From the NCBI GenBank assembly GCA_964589975.1, contig CAZPVH010000001.1, forward strand, positions 164,853 through 228,852: a DNA stretch of 64,000 bases, written 5' to 3'. The translations under genes were made by a program, and so were the position numbers. Shown here piece after piece: positions 10,260 through 18,509 of this stretch. Below the pieces are notes generated by a model that was given only the letters and a program-made list of their open reading frames with translations, had not been told where the DNA came from and searched no databases. The stretch comes from an uncultured Candidatus Saccharibacteria bacterium (lineage in GTDB: Bacteria; Patescibacteriota; Minisyncoccia; Phycocordibacterales; CSBR16-119). The stretch's first letter is position 1; every line of letters starts with the position of its first letter.

Positions 10260-10424
10260 GATAGAAATGCCACTGGTTTTTGGTTTTAGTCCCCATGGTT
10301 GGGAGGGATCCCGACCCAAGGATTCTGAGGATTTCCCCTGGAAAACAGGTTTGCCTCGGTGCCAGTTGGTGTAAGACGGCGTACCCGTCGGACCCGGAAG
10401 CTGATGCTTCCGGGTCTTCTGTTT
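10260..10424 (+). ncRNA. Candidate structured small RNA (3-way junction, hairpin, terminator); a 35-aa ORF at 10267-10374 is the alternative
   Basis: TTGCAT-N16-CATAAT upstream; P1 10267-10277/10361-10372; GGUUGGGA-GGGA-UCCCGACC; CUGAGG/CCUCGG; 11-bp terminator at 10391-10416 with U-rich tail. Confidence 0.55.
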
Positions 10425-10474
10425 CAAGTTGAAAATATCGCGAAAAAGTGTAGGCTTAACAAAAAACCAATCCC

Positions 10475-10855
10475 ATGAAAACACTGGAGGAGGCCGCGGC
10501 CGAATCTACCTGTCAGAAGAGACTGGTAGTGTGCGAGATATATGACGAATACGGAAAGATTTTGGCCGTGGAGTCGAACAGATGTTCTCCAACCGGCGGA
10601 TTGTGTCATCGCATTGGTGTTGTTCAAACAAAGGCCGACTATGACGTCACAAGCGCTTGTAATTGGACACATGCGGAGATCATGGCTATCCGAGCATTAC
10701 CGCGTGGAAGTTATACTCCTCATCGGGCGGTAATTTACGGACATAGTTATCCGTGTGACGCTTGTGAATCGGCTCTGCGGCGGGTCGGTGTCGAGATCAT
10801 CGATATAAAACCTGCCAGTAGTTTTCTCATTCACAAAAGACCCATTCTTTCATGA
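10475..10855 (+). CDS. Cytidine/dCMP deaminase-fold zinc protein (accessory unit)
   Basis: HAE and PCDAC motifs. Confidence 0.85.
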   Translation: MKTLEEAAAESTCQKRLVVCEIYDEYGKILAVESNRCSPTGGLCHRIGVVQTKADYDVTSACNWTHAEIMAIRALPRGSYTPHRAVIYGHSYPCDACESALRRVGVEIIDIKPASSFLIHKRPILS

Positions 10856-11070
10856 CCATTAGACTTAAACCGCCGAAATTTTGGCGCTGGTCTAAAGGAC
10901 CCTTTTCTCATCCAGAGCTTGTGGCTTCGGAAAAAGAATATGAGGTTTTGGATCAGAAGGGTGGTAGGGAACACTGTCCGTTTTGCGATCAGCAATATCG
11001 CTTCCATGAACGAGCAAAGCCTGAGATATGGCTTCGGACTCTCTGTGATGGAACCCACGTAAAGCTTTAG
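10852..11070 (+). CDS. Small CxxC protein translationally coupled to the deaminase
   Basis: ATGA overlap; HCPFC; hairpin at 11069-11092. Confidence 0.55.
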   Translation: MTIRLKPPKFWRWSKGPFSHPELVASEKEYEVLDQKGGREHCPFCDQQYRFHERAKPEIWLRTLCDGTHVKL

Positions 11071-11152
11071 GCCGGCGACATATGTCGCCGGCTTTTTGTA
11101 TGGAAAAGAAAAAGGCCCCGCATCTGCGCGGGGCCCTTCACTATATGTACTG

Positions 11153-13120
11153 TTAGAAGCGTCCAGACGCTCCTCCTCCACCTGACCTACCTCCACCAAA
11201 GCCTCCAAAACCGCCTCCGCCTCCGCCGATCCGAATCGATCCGCCACCGATACTCGATGATGGACGATACTTCGGCCTAGCAGCTTCAACTCGTGCTGCG
11301 TGAGCGGCACTGATCTGACTGTTGGCCTTACTGATGGCGTTTTGGGAGTACTCGTTTGCTTTCTCGAGAGCTTCATATGCTCCGATCCAGTCGGGACGAG
11401 AGAGACTTGCCAGCCTCTCCACTTCATTGATCGAAGCCTTAGCGTTCTCAACCATCTGCTTTGCTGTCCTGCCGACATCGCTGTGATCAACCTTTTTCTT
11501 GGCCGACTCGTACAGAGACTTAGCTGACCTCAAAGCTTCGGCGTACCCGCGCTTCTTGGTGCCGATATCGCCCTTTCGAGATTCGACAGCTGAGATGCCT
11601 TCTTTGAGACGTGTGAGCTTCTTCTGCGCTTCATTCCGAAGCATGTCTGCGCCGTTGTATTTGAGGCGCGTGCTGCTACGGATCAAGTCGTAAGCTTTCG
11701 CGCGGTTGCTGGTGCCATCTTCGAAGAGCTTTGCGAGAACGACGTAGGTCAGGAGTCCTTCGAGGCACTTTCCGGAGTATGAGCTCTGGAGCGTCTCGAG
11801 GTCCGTCTTCGTCGTCTTGAGAGAGGCCTGTGCTTGTTCATAGTCGAATTCAAGCTTCGACATTTTCTTGTTGTTCTCGAGTCGTAGGCGCTCTTCGTTC
11901 CAGAGTTCTTCGATGATGCTTTCGCACTGCTTATCAATGGCTTGCGAAGTGAGATAAACACCACGGTGGTCTTCCTTCGTCAGGATGACCAACTTTTTGA
12001 GCTCCTCGGCTTTCGCCTTGAGAAGGTCAGTGTATTCACTCGTGGAATGTCGGTCAGCCATTTCAGAGACTAGTTTCTCTGTTCTCTGGAGCGTGTTCTC
12101 TGCATGCCTGTGCATATTCGCAGCGCTGTCAGCGTACTTCTTCATATCCTCGATGGTCTCGAGCATCAAGCTCTTTGCCTTCATCACTTCTCCGACCTGC
12201 ATTTCTGTCTTGTCGAACAGGGCGTCATCAATTTCGATGATCGTCTTTTTGTCTTTCGGCAGGTATGCAAGCATGGCATCGGCTTGTCTCCTTTCGATAT
12301 CATGGACATTCGAGTAATGCTCGAATTTCTTCTGCGTCCAATTAGGCCACTCTGGGTCCATTTCTGGAACATCGCAAGCCGTATCGAAGGTCTTTCTCAT
12401 GTCATCCATCCATTTGCGACGGTCGGCTAATTTCTTCTGCCGCTTGTACGCCACATAGACGAGATAACTGAGAAGTCCCAAGCCGAGCATGGAAGCGAGG
12501 ACGAGTAGTAATGACTGCATATTGTCAGAGCTATCTTGTTCTGATTTCACCTCGCGAACGCGGGCGATTTCTTCCTTTTGAGCTTTGCCGTACGCTTCCT
12601 TACTTCCGTTCACCGCTACTTCGGATTTTCCGAGCTCCTTGATAATACGGTTTACGCCTGCTTCGATGCCTTTGGCATAGTTTGCCCTATGCATGTGCGG
12701 CAGGATCGTTTCGTTGATGATCCGTTTGCAAACAGCGTCAGGTAATTCTCCTTCCATGCCGTAGCCGGTTTCAAGACGCACTCCACGGTCGGCCTTATCC
12801 ATCGAAATGAGGAACAGGAGACCGTTGTCGAGCTCTTTTTTACCGATGCGCCAGTGTTCATCATTGAACAGGGCATTCGCGACTCCCTCGAGGTCGTAAC
12901 CCGCGTTTGAGGTGAGGGTCACTACCGCGACTTCAACTGTTGCGCTTTGTTCGAGCGCGAGCAATTTTGCTTCGAGATCACTTTCCATTGCGGGAGGGAT
13001 CAAGTTCGCGAAGTCGTTTACGAGTCTTGGGGGACTCATTGGTTTCGGGATCTGTCCCGAAACGAACATGGTTGTCCAGCAAAGGACGACCGTCAGGAAA
13101 ACGGATTTTACTGCGTTCAT
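11153..13120 (-). CDS. TPM-domain protein with long coiled coil and Gly-rich tail (accessory unit)
   Basis: RLVNDFANLI, IGKKELDNGLL, ETGYGMEGELPD, C-terminal GGGRSGGGGASGRF. Confidence 0.9.
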   Translation of the reverse strand: MNAVKSVFLTVVLCWTTMFVSGQIPKPMSPPRLVNDFANLIPPAMESDLEAKLLALEQSATVEVAVVTLTSNAGYDLEGVANALFNDEHWRIGKKELDNGLLFLISMDKADRGVRLETGYGMEGELPDAVCKRIINETILPHMHRANYAKGIEAGVNRIIKELGKSEVAVNGSKEAYGKAQKEEIARVREVKSEQDSSDNMQSLLLVLASMLGLGLLSYLVYVAYKRQKKLADRRKWMDDMRKTFDTACDVPEMDPEWPNWTQKKFEHYSNVHDIERRQADAMLAYLPKDKKTIIEIDDALFDKTEMQVGEVMKAKSLMLETIEDMKKYADSAANMHRHAENTLQRTEKLVSEMADRHSTSEYTDLLKAKAEELKKLVILTKEDHRGVYLTSQAIDKQCESIIEELWNEERLRLENNKKMSKLEFDYEQAQASLKTTKTDLETLQSSYSGKCLEGLLTYVVLAKLFEDGTSNRAKAYDLIRSSTRLKYNGADMLRNEAQKKLTRLKEGISAVESRKGDIGTKKRGYAEALRSAKSLYESAKKKVDHSDVGRTAKQMVENAKASINEVERLASLSRPDWIGAYEALEKANEYSQNAISKANSQISAAHAARVEAARPKYRPSSSIGGGSIRIGGGGGGFGGFGGGRSGGGGASGRF

Positions 13121-13246
13121 TTATGGTTTTTTGGTGTTGGTGGTTGTCAAAGTGTCCATCTAGTATATTAGCACAAAATACAGGAAAAGTCAAGGTAAAA
13201 AGCCTTATACGGTAAAAGAAAAAGGCCGCCTAACGGCGGCCTTTCT

Positions 13247-13405
13247 TCACCTTTTCACCAGGATTCTTTGCTGCTCCTCGATGATTTCACGAAAGTTCCA
13301 ATTAGACCCTTCTACATGGGATAAGTAGTAGTCTCGGGGCGGATCAATCACCAGATGGTTAAAGCGAACATCGGTAAGTTCCATTTCGCCAAGACTCCCG
13401 ATCAT
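13247..13405 (-). CDS. 52-aa hypothetical protein, not in ORF track
   Basis: MIGSLGEMELTDVRFNHLVIDPPRDYY...; ATGA overlap with the upstream ORF; ends at hairpin 13221-13244. Confidence 0.45.
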   Translation of the reverse strand: MIGSLGEMELTDVRFNHLVIDPPRDYYLSHVEGSNWNFREIIEEQQRILVKR

Positions 13406-13716
13406 CTCAAGTCCCCAAATGTTCCGACTCTCATCAAGCTCCGCTTTGAAGCCGCAGCCAATGATGCCGCAGACGATCTCACTCTTGCAGTAGATGGTAT
13501 CGCCCTCGCGCCGATTCTTCGGCGGATAGATGATGTGTGGGGTGAGGCCTCTGTGATCTTTCGAAAGTACCCCGACATGGACTTTATGATCAGCTGTCGG
13601 CGAGCGCCGGCATAGACTACATACGCTGTGGTTGTCTTTGGTCGACCCGCATCAAAGCATTTCTGGCAGAGCAGTGTTCGACTGAAAGGAGTTCCCAGCT
13701 CAAATATTGCTTCCAT
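13402..13716 (-). CDS. Basic CxxC hypothetical protein (accessory unit)
   Basis: TTGCCT-N17-TTTAAT; leader AAAAAACCAAAATCCACC-ATG. Confidence 0.55.
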   Translation of the reverse strand: MEAIFELGTPFSRTLLCQKCFDAGRPKTTTAYVVYAGARRQLIIKSMSGYFRKITEASPHTSSIRRRIGARAIPSTARVRSSAASLAAASKRSLMRVGTFGDLR

Positions 13717-13807
13717 GGTGGATTTTGGTTTTTTGATATTAAACCAAATGATTTTTATTTAGGCAAATTAAATACCCCCGCCAGCTTTCATTGCTGGCGG
13801 GGGACGA

Positions 13808-13954
13808 TCACTTCTTCTGCTCCATGCTGGGCGCCGCAGCGGCGGACTTCAGGGGGTGCCCGTTGGTCATGGCAATAGCCAGGATCAAAATGAACAACAC
13901 AGCGCAGATACCGGCAGCGACAGGAGACGTCTGGGGAGGAGCGGTATTTCCCAT
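13808..13954 (-). CDS. 48-aa single-TM protein (accessory unit), not in ORF track
   Basis: MGNTAPPQTSPVAAGICAVLFILILAIAMTNGHPLKSAAAAPSMEQKK; leader AAACCAAACCAAAACC; hairpin at 13775-13803. Confidence 0.6.
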   Translation of the reverse strand: MGNTAPPQTSPVAAGICAVLFILILAIAMTNGHPLKSAAAAPSMEQKK

Positions 13955-14040
13955 GGCACGAAGGTTTTGGTTTGGTTTCGTATTAATATTAACTCAGTAT
14001 AAAAATGATGTCAAAAGGGGCGCGGCTTTGCCGCGCCCCT

Positions 14041-14202
14041 TTACTTGGTTTCTGCTTGTTCATCCTGCGATTTTTCAGACCCTTCTTCCATTTGCCAGCT
14101 CTTGTTGAGAAGCGCATACCCGATCAAAAGGAGCGCGGCGCAGATGGCGAATCCAATGCGTTGCCGCTTCTTTAGCGCAATAGCTTCCATGTCTTTGTCC
14201 AT
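14041..14202 (-). CDS. 53-aa single-TM protein (accessory unit)
   Basis: TTGACA..TACTAT promoter; leader AAAAAACCAACCC; hairpin at 14013-14042. Confidence 0.6.
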   Translation of the reverse strand: MDKDMEAIALKKRQRIGFAICAALLLIGYALLNKSWQMEEGSEKSQDEQAETK

Positions 14203-14286
14203 GGGTTGGTTTTTTCTAGATAGTACATCTGTTTCCTGGAATGTCAAATATTTGATTTAAAGCCGGGCATAGCAGATAATTGACCC

Positions 14287-14778
14287 ATGAAATTAGCAAA
14301 GATCATCTTTGGTGCTATTGTGGCCATTATTATTTCTCTCGTTTTGATTTATAAGCCAGCCCATGCTCCAACAGACAGGGAACCGGACACCACTGGCATT
14401 GTTGACGGAGAGTATTGTTTCTCACGTGACCAAGCCGCGACTCCAAGCGAGCCGTATGCTGTGCAAGAGCGTATCAGCCTTTCCATTTTGGGCAACTCTG
14501 TTGTCGGAGAAAAGTCGGGAACGCAATCAGGCCCTGACATGACGAATGGCTACAGCGGAACACTTGCGGGAACACGCATGGACCATGACCTAAAACTCAC
14601 TTTTTCTTACACTGTGGAAGGTTCCTCGAACAAAGAAGTCGAGCTCTATACACTTGTCGATACTGAGCTCCGCAAAATCCGTTATGCGCTGAAAGAAGAG
14701 GGAGGAATGCTTGTGCCAGATCTCTCCAGTGTCCCCAAAAATATTATTTATGAAAGAGAAACGTGCAATAATAATTAG
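14287..14778 (+). CDS. Membrane-anchored hypothetical protein, likely paralog of 30577-31113
   Basis: N-terminal TM helix; Cys near both ends of a beta-rich domain. Confidence 0.75.
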   Translation: MKLAKIIFGAIVAIIISLVLIYKPAHAPTDREPDTTGIVDGEYCFSRDQAATPSEPYAVQERISLSILGNSVVGEKSGTQSGPDMTNGYSGTLAGTRMDHDLKLTFSYTVEGSSNKEVELYTLVDTELRKIRYALKEEGGMLVPDLSSVPKNIIYERETCNNN

Positions 14779-14795
14779 ACACAAGTTTCTAACAC

Positions 14796-15215
14796 ATGAA
14801 CAAGCACAATATTTATAAAACTCTGCGTTACGCCATGTCATTTATTTTCTTGTGGGCATTTGTCGACAAGACTTTCGGACTCGGGTACGCAACTGTCGCA
14901 GAAAAAGCTTGGCTAGTGGGCGGCTCACCAACAACTGGCTTTCTTCTGCACGGAACTAGTGGACCATTTGCTGAATTTTTCCAGAGCTTGGCGAATCATG
15001 CAGTTATCGACTGGGTGTTTATGTTGGGGCTCCTAGGTATCGGTATTGGCTTACTTATACCAAAGTACATAAAATGGGCCGGACTTGCGGGTATTGTCAT
15101 GATGCTACTCATGTATCTTGCCGGATTCCCACCAGAGAATAATCCGATAGTAGATGAACACATCATTTATATCTTGGTCTTTGCCGTACTTGCATTTGAA
15201 CATAAGCATTCATAA
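14796..15215 (+). CDS. DoxX/TQO-like membrane protein
   Basis: FIFLWAFVDKTFGLG, GGSPTTGFL, NPIVDEH. Confidence 0.85.
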   Translation: MNKHNIYKTLRYAMSFIFLWAFVDKTFGLGYATVAEKAWLVGGSPTTGFLLHGTSGPFAEFFQSLANHAVIDWVFMLGLLGIGIGLLIPKYIKWAGLAGIVMMLLMYLAGFPPENNPIVDEHIIYILVFAVLAFEHKHS

Positions 15216-15217
15216 AG

Positions 15218-15646
15218 ATGGAAAAAGGAAAATTTGAGGAAATTATAAAAAGACTTTCTGTGTTTGCCGCAATCGCTGGCGCGCTTACAATCCTTGGCTT
15301 TATTTTTGTATTGGGGATGGGTACCATGGTCTTGGGCGGTGATTTGCCACTTGGCGTAGAGATTTTTTCGGTAATCATCATTGCCACCATCTCATTTATA
15401 TTCTTCGGCGCTTCGACTAGACTTCGTCGTAATATGGATAATCAGAAGAAGCTTCGACTGCCGGCCATCTTTCTCTTGGTCACGAGTATAATTGCTGTTA
15501 CCCCTATCATAACCAGTATTTTCGGTTTTCACCCCAGGGTGGTTTTAGCGATAGGTCCGATGAGTAATATTGGATACTTGGTGGCTATAGTTATTATTTC
15601 AGATTCCATAAGGGTTCTGAAAGAAGTAAAGAAATCTCCGAATTAA
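15218..15646 (+). CDS. 4-TM hypothetical membrane protein
   Basis: Hydrophobic ORF 2 nt after the DoxX gene. Confidence 0.65.
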   Translation: MEKGKFEEIIKRLSVFAAIAGALTILGFIFVLGMGTMVLGGDLPLGVEIFSVIIIATISFIFFGASTRLRRNMDNQKKLRLPAIFLLVTSIIAVTPIITSIFGFHPRVVLAIGPMSNIGYLVAIVIISDSIRVLKEVKKSPN

Positions 15647-15721
15647 CAAACTAACAGTTTAAATATTTATTCAATGGAAGGGGTGATATAATTATCCCAT
15701 TATTATTTTCATATCTATTTT

Positions 15722-15865
15722 ATGGGAAAGACACTAATCATGCTCGCAGCGTTTATCGCATTCGTATTATCAATCTATCTCTGGTTCAAAGGAGATCGCG
15801 ACGCTGGAATCTTCGTCGGACTTTGGGTGCCATCGATCCTCGCGCTCGGTAATCTAAAGAAATGA
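15722..15865 (+). CDS. 47-aa 2-TM microprotein, not in ORF track
   Basis: MGKTLIMLAAFIAFVLSIYLWFKGDRDAGIFVGLWVPSILALGNLKK. Confidence 0.7.
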   Translation: MGKTLIMLAAFIAFVLSIYLWFKGDRDAGIFVGLWVPSILALGNLKK

Positions 15866-15948
15866 TACAAGGCTCGGAAACAATAATATTTGCCGTGGGC
15901 GCCGTCGTAACTGTTATCGCCCTTCTCGGACTGTTCATGGATAACTAG
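15862..15948 (+). CDS. 28-aa TM microprotein, not in ORF track
   Basis: ATGA overlap; MIQGSETIIFAVGAVVTVIALLGLFMDN. Confidence 0.5.
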   Translation: MIQGSETIIFAVGAVVTVIALLGLFMDN

Positions 15949-15953
15949 CATTC

Positions 15954-16391
15954 ATGATGACCCTTTCTATTTTTATCACACTCGCTGGGTTCATAATTGG
16001 ACTTGGGGCTGTGACCGTCATCGACCTTCACGGATTTCTTGGGCGCAAATCTCACTACTGGACCGAAGCTACTATTCGTACGCACAAAGTCACGAAGCCT
16101 CTCATCTGGCTCGGGACTATTCTCGTCCTCGTGGGGCACATCATGCTTGAGAGATTCGGATTCTGGGGAATACCTGAGTTAACACTTCGGCTCCTTATAA
16201 TTTCTGCGCTTGTTCTAAACGGATGCTTCCTGTCATTCGTTGTAAGCCCGGCACTCCTCAAAAGGGAAATGGATGGTCACGCAAAAGACTTATTACCTCA
16301 GGCGCTTCAGAATAAGATAACTATTTCATTCATAATTTCTTTTACCGGTTGGTGGGGATTGGTTTATCTTTTTGTTAGAAGTTTAGTTTAA
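15954..16391 (+). CDS. 4-TM hypothetical membrane protein
   Basis: GLGAVTVID, LNGCFLSFVVSP; hydrophobic profile. Confidence 0.75.
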   Translation: MMTLSIFITLAGFIIGLGAVTVIDLHGFLGRKSHYWTEATIRTHKVTKPLIWLGTILVLVGHIMLERFGFWGIPELTLRLLIISALVLNGCFLSFVVSPALLKREMDGHAKDLLPQALQNKITISFIISFTGWWGLVYLFVRSLV

Positions 16392-16404
16392 GAACCAGAC
16401 AAAA

Positions 16405-16500
16405 TTGAAAGCCGCGGAAACCTTTCGGTTCCCGCGGCAGCCGGCGCGTTTGGCGTGCATCGCATTCGCACGTTACAGATTTGCTTGGCCAGAACAATTC
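16405..16500 (-). ncRNA. Candidate ~95-nt small RNA divergent from the 23S-like RNA
   Basis: Minus-strand TTTACA-N16-TAAAAT (16534-16507); CGUGC/GCACG hairpin; GAAA-capped terminator at 16411-16438 with U-tract; no convincing ORF. Confidence 0.45.
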
Positions 16501-16528
16501 AGAGTCATTTTATCATGATTTATTTCTA

Positions 16529-16580
16529 TGTAAAGCCGTCTAAATCTATGCTAATATGTGCCCAACTTCGGCTCTTTAAC
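16529..16580 (+). promoter_or_regulatory. Extended -10 promoter plus rRNA-type boxA
   Basis: TGcTAATAT at 16549-16557; GCTCTTTAAC at 16571-16580 matches boxA TGCTCTTTAACA. Confidence 0.6.
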
Positions 16581-16880
16581 GAGGCATAGTACGACGCGAT
16601 AGGCTGCGATAAGCCGCGGGGAGGCGCATAATATCCTACGATCCGTGGATTTCTGAGGCGTGCCTTCTGGTGGATCTCTCTATACTTTGGTAGGTAGACG
16701 AGAGGTAATCTGCTGGAAAATTCGGTGGTGTTAAGGTCCACCGAAAGCCAAACCTGGGGAGAACTGTAGTTGAGCACCCAGAGGAAATAGCGAAGCCAGG
16801 ATGAAACACTCACTAGTAGTGACGAGCGAAAAAGAGGACGCCATCCGGAACCCGGGACTTAGGTCTCGGGTTTTCCTTTT
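16563..16880 (+). ncRNA. Stand-alone RNA homologous to 23S rRNA domain I (about H5-H13)
   Basis: GACGCGATAGGCTGCGATAAGCCGCGGGGAGG...GATCCGTGGATTTC, AACCTGGGGAGAACTG...ACCCAGAGGAAA and AGTAGTGACGAGCGAA match E. coli 23S ~43-265 in order; own terminator. Confidence 0.8.
16849..16880 (+). terminator. Intrinsic terminator closing the 23S-like RNA
   Basis: AACCCGGGAC-TTAG-GTCTCGGGTT followed by TTCCTTTT. Confidence 0.8.
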
Positions 16881-16919
16881 GAACAGGAGGGTTTATTTTT
16901 TGTAGGATATAATCTCCGT

Positions 16920-17741
16920 ATGAATCGGAAAGCGAAAATCATTATTGGGATACTTGCGACGCTACTCGTGACAGCACTCGCACTCTACTTTTTTATTTTC
17001 AGACTTGAGCGTATTACATATTCGACTATGGATAACTTTGAGGACTTGGGTTACGATCCGAGCTGTAATGTTGCTGGTATAAACATACACGGGGACTTGT
17101 ACACATATCTAAGTGAGGATGAATACTCAGGTGACAACGCTTCAGGAGAGGATATTTATGCAGCACTCGATGACGCAGAAAAAAACAAACAGATCAGGGC
17201 GGCAATACTCGATATCGACTCTTATGGCGGATCACCCGTCGCAGCCGAGGAACTTTCAAATAAAATCCGGTCCATGGAGAAACCTGTCATAGCGGTGGTA
17301 CGCACCGTCGGAGCGTCGGCGGCGTACTGGGTGGCGTCTTCGGCTGACCGGGTCTTCGCTTCAGAGTTATCCGACATCGGGTCTATCGGCGTAAGTATGT
17401 CTTATGCAGATCAGTCAGGGTTAAACCAAAAAGAAGGATACACTTGGAATAGTCTCAGCACTGGCAAGTTCAAGGATGCTGGGAGTTCTGACAAACCTCT
17501 CACGGCCGAGGAACGCGCACTCTTTGAACGAGATATAAAACTCACTTTTGAAAAATTCATTGCCGATGTGGCAGAAAACAGGGGACTAAGCGTCGAAAAG
17601 GTTCGCGCACTAGCGGACGGGTCAACCATGATGGGCAAGCAGGCTCTAACAAACGGCCTCATAGACGAAATCGGCTTCATGCCCGAAGCGGAGAAATACC
17701 TAAAATCCACCCTCAGTATAGAACCCGTCGTTTGCTGGTAA
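16920..17741 (+). CDS. sppA: Signal peptide peptidase (S49 family)
   Basis: IDSYGGS, GASAAYWVAS, GSIGV, GKFKD, GLID. Confidence 0.93.
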   Translation: MNRKAKIIIGILATLLVTALALYFFIFRLERITYSTMDNFEDLGYDPSCNVAGINIHGDLYTYLSEDEYSGDNASGEDIYAALDDAEKNKQIRAAILDIDSYGGSPVAAEELSNKIRSMEKPVIAVVRTVGASAAYWVASSADRVFASELSDIGSIGVSMSYADQSGLNQKEGYTWNSLSTGKFKDAGSSDKPLTAEERALFERDIKLTFEKFIADVAENRGLSVEKVRALADGSTMMGKQALTNGLIDEIGFMPEAEKYLKSTLSIEPVVCW

Positions 17742-17902
17742 AAAATCAATTTTAAGGCAGAATTGGATTTACATAGAAGGGTTACACTGGCTTCGCATTC
17801 ATCTACGCAATATTTAGCTGGTGTGGTTTTTATGTAGCAATAGGGAAGAATACCTGTCCTGTTGATGTTTAGTTTTAGAAAGAGTACCGTTTGCTGGTAA
17901 AA
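17729..17902 (+). repeat. 15-bp direct repeat of the sppA 3' end
   Basis: CGTTTGCTGGTAAAA at 17729-17743 and 17888-17902. Confidence 0.7.
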
Positions 17903-17980
17903 GTTTGTGTAAAGCCATGGGTCTCAAACTAAAAGCACCGCACTCCTCGCGGTGCTTTTAAACCAAACAAAGTTGGTGTG

Positions 17981-18256
17981 CTAAATGTTATCCTTAATCC
18001 ACATAGAATGCTTGTCAGTTAGACCACCCCAAGCGGCAGCGTCACTTGTAATATTTATTACAAGCAACCGATCGTTGCTGTCAATGTATGAATTCGTGAT
18101 TGTGTCACGAACCTCTTTTGCTGACTTACCAGTCTTAATTAACCACAATGATTCTAGTGGTTTAACGAAGCCTGAGTATGTCTGAAGATGGTCCCAAAGA
18201 GCTTGATAGTTTTTTTCAGGACTACGAAGATCATAGTTAATGAGAATTGTGTTCAA
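17981..18256 (-). CDS. Small ferredoxin-fold protein (Cas2/VapD-like, 'SinR-family' hypothetical)
   Basis: ILINYDL...Y..L...LESLWLI...DRLLVI pattern. Confidence 0.7.
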   Translation of the reverse strand: MNTILINYDLRSPEKNYQALWDHLQTYSGFVKPLESLWLIKTGKSAKEVRDTITNSYIDSNDRLLVINITSDAAAWGGLTDKHSMWIKDNI

Positions 18257-18509
18257 GTGTCTGTTGATATCTTTACTGTTAAATGCAGACTGTCAGTGAT
18301 ATATTTGTAGTGTAGTTACATATCGGTTATTTTGAACGCGAGACGACCTGATAGAGGGTTACCAATTCGCGGAAAATGTTCAATCTGGAAAGGCTGCCTC
18401 AATATGGCAGCTTTTCGTTTATATTTTATGCTATAGGGGTTTTCTGTCAACCTTGTCAACTATGTGGAAAAGTATTTGCTAACTTTTGACAAGGTAGTAT
18501 AATGTTCAC

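Noticed and set aside
10380-10420. SRP RNA or a known riboswitch (TPP, c-di-GMP)
   Set aside because: CCGGAAG is part of a perfect terminator stem; diagnostic internal loops and motifs are absent
16526-16813. 95-aa minus-strand ORF over the RNA
   Set aside because: No recognisable motif; it is better explained as the antisense shadow of the structured RNA
16563-16880. Calling this a normal 23S rRNA gene or rRNA operon
   Set aside because: Only ~260 nt are homologous, conserved residues are altered, a terminator follows at once, and no 16S, tRNA or 5S sequence is adjacent
17981-18256. cas2 of a CRISPR-Cas locus
   Set aside because: Only a fold-level resemblance; no cas1 and no array in the window
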